Assembly: GCA_051530055.1 (NCBI GenBank)
Contig: JBMGUZ010000074.1
Location: forward strand, 1 to 12,558
Origin: Neoechinorhynchus agilis
Taxonomy: Eukaryota; Animalia; Acanthocephala
Length of the DNA stretch: 12,558 bases
Direction of reading: 5' to 3'
Below, piece by piece: positions 1 to 8,486 of this stretch (positions within the stretch are counted from its first letter, which is position 1; the number at the start of each line of letters is the position of its first letter). A program made the translations under genes and the position numbers. Under the pieces are notes generated by a model. The model had not been told where the DNA came from, searched no databases, and was given only the letters and a program-made list of their open reading frames with translations.

Positions 1-1
1 A

Positions 2-860
2 GGTAAATCTTATATTCTCGCATGTCTGAACGAATATCGAAAGAGATGTCTTGTATTTTAGTTATTAAATTTCGCTAACGAAATCAAATTTGAAGGGGTA
101 TCTCCACGATCAAATCAAAATGCGCTAACAGTTTTTCGGAGACCGAAGCTAATTTTTGACTATGTAACGAAAACGACTAAGAATAGAAGTTTAAGCAGAT
201 TGAATACAGAAGTAGCGATCTATTTGCAAGTCAACTTTCAGGAGTTCTACATTTCGTATTTGCTAAGGCCGAAAACAATCATCGCTGATGTTCGATTAAT
301 GAATGAAAAACAATTTGGTGGAAATGTTAATATCGAAGATTTTCTGGATAGTATACGGAAATTGGGAAATAAAACTCTCCTTTACCAAAATGAATTCCTA
401 AAAAGCAGCATTAATAGCGAAAATTTAGCAGTAGACACTTCACAGAATAACACGGCCATGACTAAGGGATTTACGGAGGTTTCAAAAGGCTATAATTTCT
501 ATATTACAAACGAGTTGAGTTATTCATTCGAAGACAAATGTTACGGAATGTGCCGTGTTCAACGGACGAAGCTCAGAGAGTTGAATTTTATCTGCAATGC
601 AAGAAAGCTACCGACGCTTCAAATACCACTGAATGAGAAGCACGTCAACGTCCTTTCAAGAGAAAATACAGCTTCAAATCGATTATATTCGCGAAAAGTA
701 AACTGCAAGCGAACCAGTGGTAATAAGATAAATTCGATCGAAAAGTCAAGGACCTTGAGAACTGAGCTTTGCACTGATAAATGCCGGCAAAAGTGCCTTG
801 GCGACTATTCTCGGCTATCGAAACACGGAAAGGTTGCTTTTAGCAGAGGAAAGTCAAAAA
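2..860 (+). pseudogene. 5' part of a large unknown Cys-motif protein gene; one in-frame TAG at 59-61 and interrupted near 860 by a CRE retrotransposon
   Basis: The frame of track ORF 200..898 is open from position 62. Upstream of the TAG at 59-61 it reads GKSYILACLNEYRKRCLVF. It contains CYGMC and CTDKCRQKC (770-796), the same motif type as ORF 3095-4813. The last codons of the 200..898 ORF run into the antisense CRE 3' UTR. No homolog recognised. Confidence 0.45.
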
Positions 861-903
861 TATTTTATTTCAATCAATCTTCATCTCTCGACAATTAACA
901 CAC

Positions 904-1353
904 TCACCACCTCCCGCCGAATTCCGGCTTTTGTCCTTCCTCGACCGTCGCCATCACGCTGGCAGCATTGCCCCGTTGTACTGCTAGCGAGATATTTTGT
1001 CGAAGGAATACGCCTGCTCTTGAGTCTTCGGTTGCCTCTCTCAATTTCTTCGAGAGATCCTGGAGCAGAGAGAGTGCCGAGCTGCCGAGCGCTCCATACG
1101 TCTCTACCCCAAAGGGGACAAAATAGTGAGCCCTCGATAAGTGAAGATATTTCCGTATTTTCCTCCCTTCCGCAGCACTGGCGGCACCACCGGCGATTTC
1201 GAGGGAGTAGGGGATGTTGCTGGCTGCGAGGGTATCCACACACGTGGCGTCCCAAAGAAGGCATTTGCCATCCCGCAACGGGAAGACCGAAATTCCATCG
1301 GGCCTACGGCCGTCTAGTCTACAGAGGTGGGCGGGTTCCAGGATGTTCGGGAA
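904..1353 (-). pseudogene. Restriction-like endonuclease domain of CRE copy A
   Basis: FPNILEPAHLCRLDGRRPDG...GKCLLWDATCVDTL...EGRKIRKY...PFGVETYG...QRGNAASV within track ORF 904..1536. The residues of that ORF upstream of ~1353 are out-of-frame shadow. Confidence 0.9.
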
Positions 1354-1791
1354 GTTCGCCGTCAGTAAGAAGAGTTCCCACTGATGCCAGAGGACCAGCC
1401 TCCAACCACGCCCCAGATTCTCGTGTTGAAACTGCCAACAGTCTAGCTCGGACGACCCCATCGCGAGAACCGGAAAGTAGAGTGCTGTGAGCTCTCCAGA
1501 CAAGAGGTCCGTCCCAGATCGACTGTCTGAGGCCATTCACGGGAACAAGGTTAGCGCCGGTCTGCTGGCACCATTCCTCAACCGCCACCACGAAATCCCG
1601 GTCAAGACAGAACTTTTCCTTCAAAATGTTCTTCGAGACTGGTAGGCTCCCCTCAAACGATCCAAGAAAGGCCGGCAAAGCAAGGTCGACTAGTGCCCGA
1701 ATTCCCAATCCCCCAGATGACACAGGCAAAGAAGCTTGTCGCCACGCCTCATCTGAGAGCTGGACATTTAAAATACGCTCGAGACAAGCCC

Positions 1792-3090
1792 TCACCTTGC
1801 GGTCGAGCTTACCAATCCTTCCTTATGTTTGAAAAATGTTGCTGTGCGAACCTTGTACAATAATTTGAGGATGAAGAGCGCGTTCTTTATGAGAAACAAG
1901 GCTTCATGAGCCGAGAGAGCGCACACCCTATCGCACAGCAACGAAAGTTTCGGTATGATATGGCCGATCTCATCTTCCACATTTGAATCGAAGACGCAAC
2001 TGCCCAGGAGGCTGAGTTGTTCCCGAGTCACGAGTTTCAGGCCTGGAGCTACGGCCTCGAACCCGGCCATTAGTTCTTTGACTTTGGCGGCGTCTCCAAT
2101 ATTCAGTACAAGGAGCTCACATTTTCCAGCATTAAGCTCAATGCCCATCTTCGAGGTCTCCCTAATCAGCGTCTCCAGATCGCGCAGTGCAACGGAGGGA
2201 TCACCTCCGAGCGTAGCGTCATCCAAGTACCAAGCGTTGAAGCTGGAATCGAGAGAATGCGCTATTGGATTTACTGTTAGGGAGAATGCGATTGGACCGA
2301 GGGGATCTCCTTGCTGCACTCCTCTTTCGAACCAAATGAGATGGTCTTCGAAAAGCAGAGGAGTCGCCGTCCCGTAGGCATTGAGAAAATACTGGAAGGC
2401 TTCTGGTGCGTGATCCCTAATTGCGCAGAACATGCTTTCTCTATTGAGAGAGTTAAAGGCGTTCCGAAAATCGCACTTAAGAATCACGCACGGCTCTGAG
2501 CTTCTCGTAGCAAAGTTTCGGAGCGAGTGGACAATAGCTTCCGCCCCGTAGGATGTGCAGCAGCCCAGTTGGACTGGACGAAGTTGCTGTCCGGTTTTCT
2601 CTTCAATACGTTTGCAGAGAATTTTTCCTGCGAGTCGGCGTATCGTCGAAGATACAGCGATGGGACGGATCCCACCTTCTTTTTTTGTGAGGGAACACAA
2701 TGAGGCTCCGAAAAATAGGTCCCTTGCAACGGGGCTCAGGTCCTCTCCAGTCAGGCGGTCGACTATTCGAGAAAGCGCACTTCCTAGAGAGAGAGCTGCT
2801 TCACCAGTTGAAAAGGACATCATGTCCTTTAGGTGCTGAGGCCTTAGTCCGTCAAACCCGTGACCCGAACCATTTGCAAAAGATGAGATGGCCTTTTGTA
2901 ACTCTGAAATTTGAGTGGGCGTCCTGTCTTGTATGGGAGGAGATGGAATTTCAAAACTTCCGCTACTGCATGGGTGCTTCGACCGGAGTATTTGTAGCGT
3001 CTCGCTGTCTCCTTTTGCGAAACTGTCGGAGGATGACAAAAACCGAACAGCCCCACGAACATCTCCGTCACTCCCACAACGAACTCGGTT
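1792..3090 (-). pseudogene. Reverse transcriptase domain of CRE copy A
   Basis: Track ORF 1792..3039, open upstream to about 3099. Motifs QQGDPLGP and YLDD are intact. The coding sense shifts frame near 1815 (KHKEGL / GKLDRKVRACLERILN). Confidence 0.92.
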
Positions 3091-3094
3091 TGAA

Positions 3095-4813
3095 CTAAGT
3101 TACAGGTTCGAAAATTCTGGATATAACAAAGAAAAGAAAGGTACGAACGACAATGGCGAATACAACCTAATTAGCGCAGATTTTCATAAACGTCTTGTTT
3201 GTCCAAAAAACTACAAGAAAATGCGGGGAATCCGAATGATTGAGAAATCGAACGGTTTAGAACGCTTAAATGAATGCCGACCGCGATGCCTCAAACTTTG
3301 TTCGATAAAATGCGTTCAATTTGGAAGTTACGAACCAGAGCACAGAAACAATATATTGACCGAATCGAATCTACAAATTGAGAAGGGATCTGCTTCCATC
3401 ATGGACAGCAAAAGTTTAATGACACAATCTTTGATAATAGAAACACAGCAAATAAATGACAAAGCAGTTACCTTAAAGGCCGATAAATCATCTTCTTTCA
3501 AAGCTGAGGAAACGTACATTTCTAAGGATTTCAAACTGAAATCTCGCAAAACGGGTGCAATCGAAAGCAAAGATGGTTCCCTCGTTCTCGGGGTGCTGGC
3601 CGAAATCTATACTTTGCCATCAGCAAATCTCTTCGACCTAAACGAGAATCTTAATCCTGAAGTAGCCAACGAAATTTGTCTACGGGTTAAAGCTCGAGAT
3701 GAACGGTTGAGAACGGAAATTATTACAATTGAAGAAGCAAAAAAATATGAACCGAATTTGACTGTACCAGGGAATAATGAAGATACTGAAATCTCCAACA
3801 ATATCGATGCGATACACGACAGTGCCGGAGATGTAGAATTTGAACAAACGGCAAAATCGCCGGATCTTACCACATCAAAGATCGAATCTGAACCTTCGAT
3901 GATGAACGAATTGTCATTTCCCGAAATTCAGACGTCAATAAATGGAGAAGGAGAGCAAATGATAATTAAAGTAGAAAAAACAGCATCTTCCTCAAAAAGT
4001 TGGACCAGGACGATAAAGAAATTCATCGGATCACTTTTTTCGGATAAAGTAATAAATCAAAAAAGCACAAATGAACTCAAAAGTTCATTAGACGAAAAAT
4101 TAAGTGACCGATCCGAAAAATTTGATTTTCATGAGCAAATCGGTAGTAAATTAATTCAAGCTGAAACAAATTCTACAAAGACGGTTAAGGATGAATCTAT
4201 TGTTCACAAGTTCAAGGAAAGCCTGGAATCTGAGGAAGTTCATTCTGACGTCAATGAATTATCCGATGATCAAAACGTGAATATATTTGAAAAAGAACTC
4301 AGCTTGCTGCCCAGCGATAAGGTCGTTGCTAAATCGAAGGATGCGAAACCGACGGTGAGTAATACATCTGAAATGCCAAACGCGAATTCCGAATCAGTAA
4401 ATTTTAACAGTGTACCAAGAATGAGCGACCTGATTACCACTAAAATCCAATCGATTTTGAAGCTTTCGAAAAGAGATAGTGCTGGCCAAACGCGATTGCA
4501 TTTGAAGCTGATTAACCGATTCTGTGACCGACAATGCAAAATTCAGTGCAAAGTAAACATTAATGATATAAATTTGAATGATCCTACGGTCTATGCATTA
4601 ACGAATTGCCTCAATTATTGCTCACACATTTGTAAGGAGATATTAAAAGATGAAAAGGATTCGGATCTTACAAAAGAATACGAACTTAGTGAACTATTTA
4701 AACATGTAACATCGATCAATGAAATGGATGTCCCTCACGAGACCGAGGACAGTACATGCGTTGTAAATGAAAATATCAGAGAGAGTCCATCTTTTTTGTA
4801 CGATTACGATTAG
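3095..4813 (+). CDS. 3' part of a large unknown acidic/Ser-Lys-rich protein with CxxxCxxxC motifs (probable continuation of 2-860)
   Basis: Track ORF 2915..4813. Its first ~60 codons are antisense CRE RT, so the annotated Met is spurious. About 570 stop-free codons in AT-rich DNA support coding origin. Motifs: CRPRCLKLCSIKC (3275-3313), CDRQCKIQC (4523-4549), CLNYCSHIC (4607-4633). Ends in TAG. Confidence 0.6.
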   Translation, partial: LSYRFENSGYNKEKKGTNDNGEYNLISADFHKRLVCPKNYKKMRGIRMIEKSNGLERLNECRPRCLKLCSIKCVQFGSYEPEHRNNILTESNLQIEKGSASIMDSKSLMTQSLIIETQQINDKAVTLKADKSSSFKAEETYISKDFKLKSRKTGAIESKDGSLVLGVLAEIYTLPSANLFDLNENLNPEVANEICLRVKARDERLRTEIITIEEAKKYEPNLTVPGNNEDTEISNNIDAIHDSAGDVEFEQTAKSPDLTTSKIESEPSMMNELSFPEIQTSINGEGEQMIIKVEKTASSSKSWTRTIKKFIGSLFSDKVINQKSTNELKSSLDEKLSDRSEKFDFHEQIGSKLIQAETNSTKTVKDESIVHKFKESLESEEVHSDVNELSDDQNVNIFEKELSLLPSDKVVAKSKDAKPTVSNTSEMPNANSESVNFNSVPRMSDLITTKIQSILKLSKRDSAGQTRLHLKLINRFCDRQCKIQCKVNINDINLNDPTVYALTNCLNYCSHICKEILKDEKDSDLTKEYELSELFKHVTSINEMDVPHETEDSTCVVNENIRESPSFLYDYD

Positions 4814-6246
4814 TTCAACGATTGACCTGAAGTGAGTTCAATTCTATTGTGCTTGAAAGCCGAGTAGACTGAGTTTTTATAAAGAATCTTAATTCGGTTC
4901 AACGTCGGAGCTGAAATTTCGATTCCTTCTTAATTATACCGAAACGGTTTTGATGAACGGTAGTTCCTCGTTATTGCTCAGGACAGCGACATCTGATTAA
5001 AGAAACGAAAAAGTTGCAACGAATCTCTAAAACGACTCTTTGATACGATTTATAAATATTTACGAGTGTGCAAATGCTTGATATTCCAAATTTACTTATC
5101 GGAAATCCTTTCCGAATCAAGCCAAAGCGATTGACTGACTTATGGTACAACTTTGCAGTTCAGTAAACTTCGTGAACGATTCGATAGAAGTAAACATGAA
5201 GTATTCTTCAAATCAAGCATCAGATTTGGAAATTCTATTTTGTCGAATTAAACTTGACCGCGTAAAACTATTTTCTAATCCAATAAAGTGAAACGAGATT
5301 GTAAAACAACGATCTATTGATCTTTACGAGTGTAGTCATTCAAAGCAAGTGCTTATGATAAAAACCATAGAAAATTGAAAATATTTTTAAAAGTAAATAA
5401 AGTCATGTGTGGATTTGAGTTTCTTTTTAAAGAGTCGTGATCAAAATCAGTGCTCAAATATAAAATTAAATATCTATGTGTAGCCATTTTCATGGCAGAT
5501 AATTTTCCTCGGGCACACAGCCTATCAACCGTAAAAGGGCCACACATAGATACTGAATAAAAGTTACCGGCTGACCCGACTTACAAAAAATGAAATAATT
5601 GCAATATTTGTGATAAGGGGACACAAGATTTTCTAACGGTTCTAATAAAATTTAATTTTTAAATTACTTGACCTTACTTTAAGTATTGCCAATAAATAAG
5701 GACTCGACGATGCTTGTTTACAAATGATTTTTCTTAAATTCAAGTTCGCTTGCGTTCACCGAATAATACCCTTGTAAGATTTTCAACAGACAATATAAAC
5801 GCTCCTAAATTTCAACACCATAATTTTTACCTCATCTTATTCCCCTAACGAGCAAAACCCTCGAAATCGCAATTCTATTAATCCTCCCTCAACCTCGCAG
5901 ATCCCCCTTCCTCCACTCCATTTTCCATACTGCCAAATCTTCTCACGGATATCGAAATGAACCGAAGGAAAGACTCTACCTTACAAATTCTCCTACAAAC
6001 GATAATCACCAACTTTTTCAACCCGACCAAACTTGTTATCCACTCTGAAATCAATAAACCGAATTCATTTATTTTATCAGGACTCAAGTGTTTAAGAGGA
6101 CCCAACGGTACTTCGTTCCGTTTCTTTGTTCAATAATAAAACGCCTGATAACCTTAGAAGTCTTTGGAAACTGCGGTAGATGATTGGTGAATCCTTATCG
6201 TTTCAATCGAATCTGAATTGCGAATTTTTTTTGAAAGTTTCATCAA

Positions 6247-6615
6247 TTTATTGTTTTAAGATATAAACATAATTGTTCGCCGTCCTCGTCCTCAACTGTC
6301 GCCTGAATGCTTGCAGTGTTGCCTCTCTACAACCTGAAGGCGTCGCTTCAGATCCTTCAGGAGTTGAAGAGCCTCGCTATGAGAGATCCGTAGGTCTCTA
6401 CCCCAAAAGGCACAAACACATGAACCCGGGCTAAATCAAGGTATTTCGCCGTTTTCCGTCCTTCCGCAGGGCTCGCTTCACCTCCAGCTTGAACCACCGA
6501 GAACTTAAGATTGCTGGCCTTGAGTGTATCGACACAAATGGCGTCCCGGAGGTGGCATTTAAATGCGGTCACCCCATCAGGCCTACGCCCGTCGTCCTTA
6601 CAGAGATTGACAGGT
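6247..6615 (-). mobile_element. CRE-like RLE 3' fragment (B2), related to the copy A family and degenerate
   Basis: PVNLCKDDGRRPDG...DAICVDTL...AEGRKTAKY...FVPFGVETYGSL, then a frameshift, EALQLLKDLKRRL, a deletion, and RGNTASIQATVEDED. Minus-strand AATAAA at 6247-6252. Confidence 0.85.
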
Positions 6616-7380
6616 TTGCATCGCCGCGCTGATTCGCTGCAGCAGGAAGCTGCTGGAGCGCATATCGCCGGTGGCATATTTCAGTATCTTTCCCAGTCGA
6701 GAAAGGAAATAATCGGCTTCTTTACCGAGACATCCCAGTGTATCCACCGCAATCGGGATGAAATAATATTGATGCCCATCGAGCGAGGAGTACTTCTGCC
6801 GCTTCTTTTCCTCGCTGAAGCTGGCGACTGCTCCCGCCTTTGAGGTGCCATCCCGTAACTGCGATCCTGCGAGCGTGTTGGGGCAGGTACAATCCCAAAC
6901 CAGTATTTTCCCGGAGCACCATGGGAGGAGAGTCGCTCCATCAGGGCGTTTACCGTCGTTCCGGGAGAGTCCGACTGGTTCGAGTTGAGCAGGAAAACCG
7001 GCCGTTGAGAGGGCATCCTTGATTGAGCGGTTGACTGCTGAGTGCCGTGCGCGGCGAGCATTTGAACGCTTGCAGTCAAAGCCGTGAGTTTTCGACCTAT
7101 TCACTATTCCACCGCACCGACATGTAAATGAGTCTGAGAATTGGATGCCCAACCGAAGCCCCACTGCGACGGTGATGGCTTGGTCATCCAGCCTCGTGCC
7201 AACAGCTGTGATCGGGAAAGCCTTCAAGTCACTGGAGTTTGGAGCTGAGACTGCCAGGAGACTAGCTCAATCGGTGGGAGATGAGCATGAGTTGAGAAGC
7301 TGCTGATAATACGCAGTGTGGAGCAAGGCAGTCCAACGTTCTTGAGAGTTTGTTTCCGTCAAAACGACCTGCCGAACACT
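6616..7380 (-). mobile_element. CRE-like fragment (B1) of a second, divergent family: CCHC zinc knuckle plus RLE
   Basis: Track ORF 6598..7227 reads AVGLRLG...CRCG...HGFDC...RHSAVN...LEPVGLSRNDGKRPDG...WDCTCPNTL...EEKKRQKY...FIPIAVDTLG...QRISAAMQ. The same frame continues upstream through one TGA (7267-7269) as QERWTALLH...LLAVSAPNSSD. Confidence 0.9.
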
Positions 7381-7514
7381 GATGTCCATTGGATTTCACA
7401 TCAACGGTCTATTTTTAAGGCAAATCTTTTTAAAATACTGTCACGTCTATTTAGCTGGGGAATTTTGGGATTATTTTTTACGCCATTTACTAATTGGGTT
7501 ACTTTTCTTTACAT

Positions 7515-7603
7515 TCACCACCTCCCACCAAATTCCAGCTTTTGTCCTTCCTCGACCGTCGCCATCACGCTGGCAGCATTGCCCCGTTGTACTGCCAGCG
7601 AGA
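7515..7603 (-). repeat. 89-bp copy of the extreme 3' coding end of CRE copy A (matches 904-992)
   Basis: Direct alignment gives 85/89 identity and the segment encodes LAVQRGNAASVMATVEEGQKLEFGGRW*. Similarity ends a few bases past the stop codon. Confidence 0.95.
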
Positions 7604-7714
7604 AGTTCGAGTTAAGATTTGAACTATTCAGCATTTTTGTAGCTCTTTTTAAACTAATTCCCTAATTTTAAATTGAATTTCCTCTGATGTTTATATAAAC
7701 TAAATTGGAGCGTC

Positions 7715-7990
7715 CTATATCTGAACGTCAATTATCCAGATCAGAATGCTGCCCTACTCAATTACAGTCACTCAAGATGATTATTTTCAACAATAACGCT
7801 AAAGTTATGTAATCCTTTTCCCCTATTTTGCTTTTTCAAAAACCATTTCCCTCGCATTTTTAGAACTTTGATATTTGTAGTCTAACTTTAAGAATTGGAT
7901 AAATCACAACATTAATTTTTTTGGGTTATCCGGAAAAATCTCGTATCTGAATCGTGTCCGGTCCCAATTAATTCGCGGATAAACTACGTT
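7715..7990. mobile_element. Possible degenerate pogo/Tigger-type MITE
   Basis: The left side has CCTATATCTGAACGTCAATTATCCAGA. The right side has GGTTATCCGGAAAAATC...CCGGTCCCAATTAATTCGCGGATAA, with TTATCCG (7926-7932) and CGGATAA (7976-7982) as an inverted pair. From memory this resembles the ATTATCCG-rich subterminal repeats of pogo-like MITEs. Terminal CAGT/ACTG and a TA TSD are not evident. Confidence 0.3.
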
Positions 7991-8486
7991 CAAACTGGAT
8001 TTAATCTTCAGAACAAAAATCGCCATTTGAGATTTTTATAATGAAGTCTTTTCCGATACTTCACCCAATTTTGTTTTTTTCATGAAAAAAGAAAAGGAAC
8101 CAAACGCCTTTGAGTGCTCATGAACACTGGAGTTCTGAACAGGTTAAATGAATGTGGCTATTGATTTTGAAATGGATTACAAGTCCGGTCAGTTAGGAGT
8201 TACCGGAACTGATGATGAATCCGTCGAGGTTCACATAAAGTCTTAAAAACCACACTTCTAATTCCACGCAATTTATCTTCTCTCGAATGCGTTATGTATA
8301 TTTAATAATTTAATGTTTGTTGATAAACAAAGCATCTGATTGCTTAAAAGTTAGCGTAAGAATGAGAAAACAATTTTTAAGAGTTACGTTTCGATCAACA
8401 TGAAAACACCCACAATTTTCTTCGGCGAAAATGACGTCTTACATCAACAATGACTTTCCCTCCACTTCTTCGCGGCGTCAACCGAA

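Larger units (their letters stand above)
860..3095 (-). mobile_element. CRE-clade (RLE-type) non-LTR retrotransposon, 5'-truncated and inactive (copy A)
   Basis: Minus-strand translation gives DGDVRGAVRFLSSSDSF, RPIAV, CDFRNAFNSL, GVQQGDPLGP and WYLDD (RT), then QASLPVSSGGLGIR and ESGAWLEA, then RRPDG...WDATCVDTL...AEGRKIRKY...FVPFGVETYG...AVQRGNAAS (PD-(D/E)xK restriction-like endonuclease). Stop is TGA at 904-906 and minus-strand AATAAA is at 864-869. There is a frameshift near 1815 and an internal deletion near 1352. Both outer ends are approximate and no TSD was found. Confidence 0.93.

Noticed and set aside
2915-3094. Annotated N-terminus (MGVLSCMGG...) of the 632-aa ORF
   Set aside because: It is the antisense of the CRE RT region (DGDVRGAVRFLSS), so it is not a genuine start of the host protein.
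798-3098. Plus-strand ORFs 798..1490, 1626..1832, 1955..2377, 2311..2499, 2555..2839, 2700..3098 and alternative-frame minus ORFs
   Set aside because: They are antisense or off-frame shadows of the GC-richer CRE coding sequence with no independent protein motifs.
850-3110. Target-site duplication around CRE copy A, and around the RTE (9570 / 12460)
   Set aside because: No convincing direct repeat was found by eye, only short AT-rich partial matches.
4880-5260. Plus frame with long open stretches between stops downstream of the 4813 stop
   Set aside because: It has several stops and no recognisable motif, so it cannot be distinguished from random AT-rich sequence.
5353-5547. 64-aa minus-strand ORF
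   Set aside because: Short, AT-rich, with no recognisable domain.
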